From positions 1 to 39,161 of IMG/VR virus record IMGVR_UViG_3300007988_000038: a stretch of DNA of 39,161 nucleotides. One strand, 5' to 3'. Positions 35,818-39,161 of the stretch are shown here, piece by piece. This DNA comes from a virus. Taxonomy: Duplodnaviria; Caudoviricetes. Under the pieces are notes generated by a model. The model was given only the letters and a program-made list of their open reading frames with translations. It was not told where the DNA came from and did no database searches. Made by a program: the position numbers and the translations under genes. Within the stretch, counting starts at the first letter, position 1. Every line of letters starts with the position of its first letter.

Positions 35818-36095
35818 CTCCTTATATTCGAATACAGGACTCGGTTGTCATGAATGACGCTCTTTCTCGCAGAAGAATCAAGTCCTTCTCTGAAGGTTCC
35901 GGAAAAATCTGCAATATTCTTTAAGTTATTGGCATTATTGCCCTTACGATACCGACTTCTGAGGGCGGCAATGGCCAGAATCGCTGCAATGGCATCCAGC
36001 CGCTGCTCCGGTGTAATACGCTCAGCATCCGGCAATTGGGCATCGGTTAACTGGTCTGAGTAAGGGTTTTCGGGTGCTAATTCCACATCAAGCAT
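35814..36095 (-). CDS. Small hypothetical protein
   Basis: Likely ATG at 36095 (GGAGG RBS); ITPEQRLDAIAAILA; stop overlaps the DUF2924 ATG. Confidence 0.5.
   Translation of the reverse strand: MLDVELAPENPYSDQLTDAQLPDAERITPEQRLDAIAAILAIAALRSRYRKGNNANNLKNIADFSGTFREGLDSSARKSVIHDNRVLYSNIRS
35853..35883 (-). promoter_or_regulatory. Second motif ACTTGATT-N14-AGCGTCATT, upstream of DUF2924 / serine recombinase
   Basis: Matches the copy at 19072-19102. Confidence 0.55.
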
Positions 36096-36141
36096 AAGGG
36101 CCTCCGCTGGGCCGGTGCCGACGAATAAAGCTGCGGGTGCC

Positions 36142-36191
36142 AAAAACAAAAGGCGGTTGGGATGCGCGTTTTTCAGCACCCACAACCGCCT
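36142..36191 (-). terminator. Leader hairpin with U-tract (possible attenuator)
   Basis: Minus strand AGGCGGTTG...CAACCGCCT-TTTGTTTTT, between motif copy 7 and the first gene. Confidence 0.5.
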
Positions 36192-36261
36192 CTGCCTGGC
36201 ATCCGGCTAATTGTCTGGTTTTCAACTCATGTCCGAAGCGAGCCTTCGGAACTTTCGGAGG

Positions 36262-36292
36262 TTACTTACCGGGAGGGAGTTCAGTCCGTCGG
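36262..36292 (-). promoter_or_regulatory. Motif copy 7 (upstream of recombinase operon, divergent from repressor)
   Basis: + strand TTACTTACCGG gagggagttcagtcc GTCGG. Confidence 0.75.
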
Positions 36293-36313
36293 AAATTTTA
36301 TTTATAAGATTTC

Positions 36314-36342
36314 TTGACCTTATGGACGTAAGGTCGTATATT
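36314..36342 (+). promoter_or_regulatory. Sigma-70 promoter of the repressor with an overlapping palindromic operator
   Basis: TTGACC-17bp-TATATT containing GACCTTA-tggacg-TAAGGTC (36316-36335). Confidence 0.7.
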
Positions 36343-36400
36343 TGCATGTTATTCGGCCCAAACTGGGGCTCTCTGTCTTTTTATAAGGAAGGAGTACGCT

Positions 36401-37024
36401 ATGGGCAGAAACAGAGAAAACGACATTACGCCGTTGCAGCAGGAAACACTTGATGAAATATGCCGGTACGTTTCAGCCAAAGGGTATCCGCCAACGGTTA
36501 AGGATTTGAGCGAATCTTTTGGAATCAGTCATGCCAGCGTGCATGACCGGATCAACCAGCTGGTTCGCAAGGGTTATTTGAAAAGAGAGGAAGGCAAAGC
36601 TCGCGGTCTAAGCGTAGCCAAACCTCCCCAGACAAACGCGGTCGCTCTTGTGGCTGTCCCGATAGTCGGTACAGTTGCAGCCGGTCATCCGATCTTTGCT
36701 CAGGAGAACATCACGGGCGAGGTTCTGGTGGAAGCATCTGTGGTTGGATCAGGCAAGTGCTTTGCCTTGTACGCACGAGGTGACAGCATGATCAACGCCG
36801 GGATAAATGACGGCGACCTGATCATTGTGAGGCGTCAGCCGATTGCAGAAGATGGTGATATCGTTATTGCTCTGCTTGACGATGAAGCCACGGTCAAAAG
36901 GCTGAAAATTGAAAATGAGCTCATCGAGCTGGTCCCGGAGAATCCGAGACTGAAACCAATCAGGGTCAAACCTGAGGATGAATTGAGGATTCTCGGCAAA
37001 GTGGTGGGCCGTAAACGAATTTGA
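36401..37024 (+). CDS. lexA: LexA-like self-cleaving repressor
   Basis: wHTH GYPPTVKDL; cleavage site VAAG; catalytic GDSM and ATVKRL. Confidence 0.9.
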   Translation: MGRNRENDITPLQQETLDEICRYVSAKGYPPTVKDLSESFGISHASVHDRINQLVRKGYLKREEGKARGLSVAKPPQTNAVALVAVPIVGTVAAGHPIFAQENITGEVLVEASVVGSGKCFALYARGDSMINAGINDGDLIIVRRQPIAEDGDIVIALLDDEATVKRLKIENELIELVPENPRLKPIRVKPEDELRILGKVVGRKRI

Positions 37025-37073
37025 GAGAACACTATGTAAGGACAGCTATAAGCTAAAAAAACAGGAGAAATTA

Positions 37074-38239
37074 ATGGCAACTTTAAACCTTCGCCGCTTT
37101 TCAAAGCCGGAAATGCTCCGGAAGATCGACCGGAGCCATCTGATCACATTTTTTGAGCCCTACACCGAATATCTATCCGGGCGAGGGATAGAGTTGCCAT
37201 CGGCAGCTGACAAGAACGGACTGGACTATTCACTAATGAGCAACGTGCTGCTGAATCCGAACACCAGCACACCGCCTGAGATGTCGGAAGCTCTCTATTA
37301 CATCAACGAGAGTCGACGCAGGAAGGGTTCGACCTGATACAGGATGCCATAGCGGATACCGAGATCGATGTCAGTATCGCTGAAGAGACGGCATACGGTG
37401 ACATGGCTCTGCAGGTCTGGATTCAGGATCGTGACATTATCGAGCGTCTTCATGCCGAACAGTTCCTTTTCCGCCCGCGCTCTTTCGAGTATTTCAAATG
37501 CACCCGAGCAACCATCCCGGATTTTGAGGAGCCAACTGAAGAAACCATTACCGCCCTTGAAGCTGATATGGACGAATGGTTCGCCAAGAAGCGCCGTGGC
37601 CGGGCTTCCAAGGTATTCGTCTATGTGAAAGAGGATTTTGTCTGGTTCCTCGTTCGTCATGGAGAGCCTTTTACTCGGGAGTCCATTATTAAGGATGGTG
37701 AATCCGCCAGCCTGTTCTATCGGCCGGAAAAATATGACGTGATTGTTTACAACCCTGAAAACGGTGAGATCCGGATGAATGCACGCTCCAAAGGTGAAAA
37801 GGAGCTGTACCGTACCAAATTTGGCTTCCACCTTTTTGGTGATGCCGAGTTTTTCGATGGGAAGAGCAAATTTACGTTGGAGCCGCTGAGGGAATCCGGA
37901 GCCGCATCCATTCTGTGTGATGATATTGACGGGATCGATTGGGTGCGCCTTAAGGAGTTCCAGATATTCCGTGGCGGAACACATAAAGAAATAGAGATCC
38001 GGAAAGCCGAGGATATCTTTGCCTCACTGGCAGAGCGTGACCGGAGCATTCCCAACGGCGGACGACTGAGCAAGGCCAGCTTCCAGATCAGATTTTCCGA
38101 TTCCAAAACTCCAAGAACCGTTACCCTCAGCTCCGGAAACCGGGCTCAATTCAAACGGGATGATGATGCGGAAGTTCTCGAAAAATGGTTGATTCGCCGT
38201 GGGTTTGTTATTTCCGACTCGGAGGCCAATGGTGAGTGA
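37074..38239 (+). pseudogene. Hypothetical gene split by a 1-bp deletion near 37311
   Basis: ORFs 37074-37337 and 37403-38239 join if one base is restored (AAC GAG A[T]G TCG ACG CAG GAA GGG TTC...GAC ATG GCT). Confidence 0.65.
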
Positions 38240-39056
38240 AACCCGGCTGTGGCAATTCTTGGAAGAGCACCCGAAGCAGAATGCGCCGTGGTGTGAATGG
38301 CAGAATGCGTTTAGTGCTTGGAGCAGCTTCAATGGATTCGAGACAAAATTCCTGCAGCTGACCAAGCAGCGTGCCTCCGCTGTCAATTGCCGAACGGACT
38401 GTGGATTGGGTTGCCCCAGAAAAATTGTCGAGCATGCAGCCGATGATATCGTTGCCGTTTGCCCTGAGCGGGAAGAGAAGCCTTACGGCCTAAATAAGAA
38501 GGATGTGCTGGTCTACACACTGAACCGGTCAGCTTTCCACAAAAGCATCTGTTCCGGGCTGGGAATCACACTCAACGAAAATACGCTCGACGGCATTTCC
38601 GGCGTTTGCCGTGTGGGTGACTACACGCCGACCGCCGGTTACAGCTTTCCGGTTTATCTGACCTTCAAAAATGACCCGGACGAACTTCTTGAAAGCGTCA
38701 GGAATATCAGTCTGCTTGGGCAGGACTCTTATGCGCTGATCATTCCGACCCGAAAACAGCTGACGCCCCGGATCGAAGACCTGCTTAAACGGAGCGGTTC
38801 AATATGCATCGTGCTCAGCGAGGAATTTTCCATTCAAGCCAATGGCAGCTTGAAGGGCGTCAGGTCGGCCACCGAAGTCTTTAGTGTGTTTCAAGCTGAG
38901 ATTCCAAAGCCGGATTCTGGAGGTATGGTTCATTTCGACACGCCTGCCGGTATCAGCTGGAGCGGTATCACCATCAAATTTATTGACGGGCATACCGTTT
39001 CCATCCGTACCACCAAAGCGCACGGCCAATACAATTACATGTTGCATCCCGTGTGA
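38229..39056 (+). CDS. Hypothetical protein with Cys cluster (possibly C-terminally truncated)
   Basis: GGAGG RBS before ATG 38229; overlaps the upstream stop; CRTDCGLGC...VC. Confidence 0.65.
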   Translation: MVSETRLWQFLEEHPKQNAPWCEWQNAFSAWSSFNGFETKFLQLTKQRASAVNCRTDCGLGCPRKIVEHAADDIVAVCPEREEKPYGLNKKDVLVYTLNRSAFHKSICSGLGITLNENTLDGISGVCRVGDYTPTAGYSFPVYLTFKNDPDELLESVRNISLLGQDSYALIIPTRKQLTPRIEDLLKRSGSICIVLSEEFSIQANGSLKGVRSATEVFSVFQAEIPKPDSGGMVHFDTPAGISWSGITIKFIDGHTVSIRTTKAHGQYNYMLHPV

Positions 39057-39161
39057 TTATGTCCCCGTTCGTAGCTGGCCCTTGTTTCGTGCCCGCGAAC
39101 TGATGCAACATCTGATTGAATCGTTTACACCCTGCGGGGAGGCAACAAGCGCCAGCCCCAT

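Larger units (their letters stand above)
1..39161. mobile_element. Prophage / phage-derived element with contractile tail (boundaries not seen in window)
   Basis: Head, neck, tail, packaging, replication, sigma factor, recombinase and repressor genes in phage-like order; no host housekeeping genes recognised. Confidence 0.92.

Noticed and set aside
4433-36292. Seven-copy motif as recombination sites or IS ends
   Set aside because: Non-palindromic, single orientation, variable spacer and consistently upstream of gene starts; a promoter is the simpler explanation.

Overview
The whole window looks like one contiguous temperate myovirus-type prophage or phage-derived element, truncated at the left edge inside the tape-measure gene. 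Most genes are on the minus strand. Reading right to left: a LexA-like repressor and two unknown genes (+ strand; one split by a 1-bp frameshift); a DUF2924 / large serine recombinase cassette; a phage sigma-70-family factor; a recombination/replication module (PD-(D/E)XK nuclease, AAA_24 ATPase, DUF669, ERCC4 nuclease, RecD2, primase-helicase, iteron-rich origin); a Mor-like regulator; terminase small subunit; an oppositely oriented tyrosine-recombinase cassette with palindromic repeats and a dif-like core site; terminase large subunit; portal; a 1523-aa MuF protein carrying HeH repeats, a kinase-like domain and a possible ADP-ribosyltransferase-like domain; a DNA adenine methyltransferase fused to the prohead protease/scaffold; capsid, neck, contractile tail, and a tail chaperone with a -1 frameshift. 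The most notable items are (1) enzyme cargo fused to head-assembly proteins, with a shared [LM]-x-A-x-A motif at domain junctions that suggests protease release inside the capsid, (2) seven copies of a fixed-spacing motif CCGAC-N15-CCGGTA(A/T)GTAA upstream of minus-strand gene blocks, probably promoters for the phage sigma factor, and (3) a self-contained Xer-like resolution module. All family assignments come from recognising motifs by eye; no searches were run.
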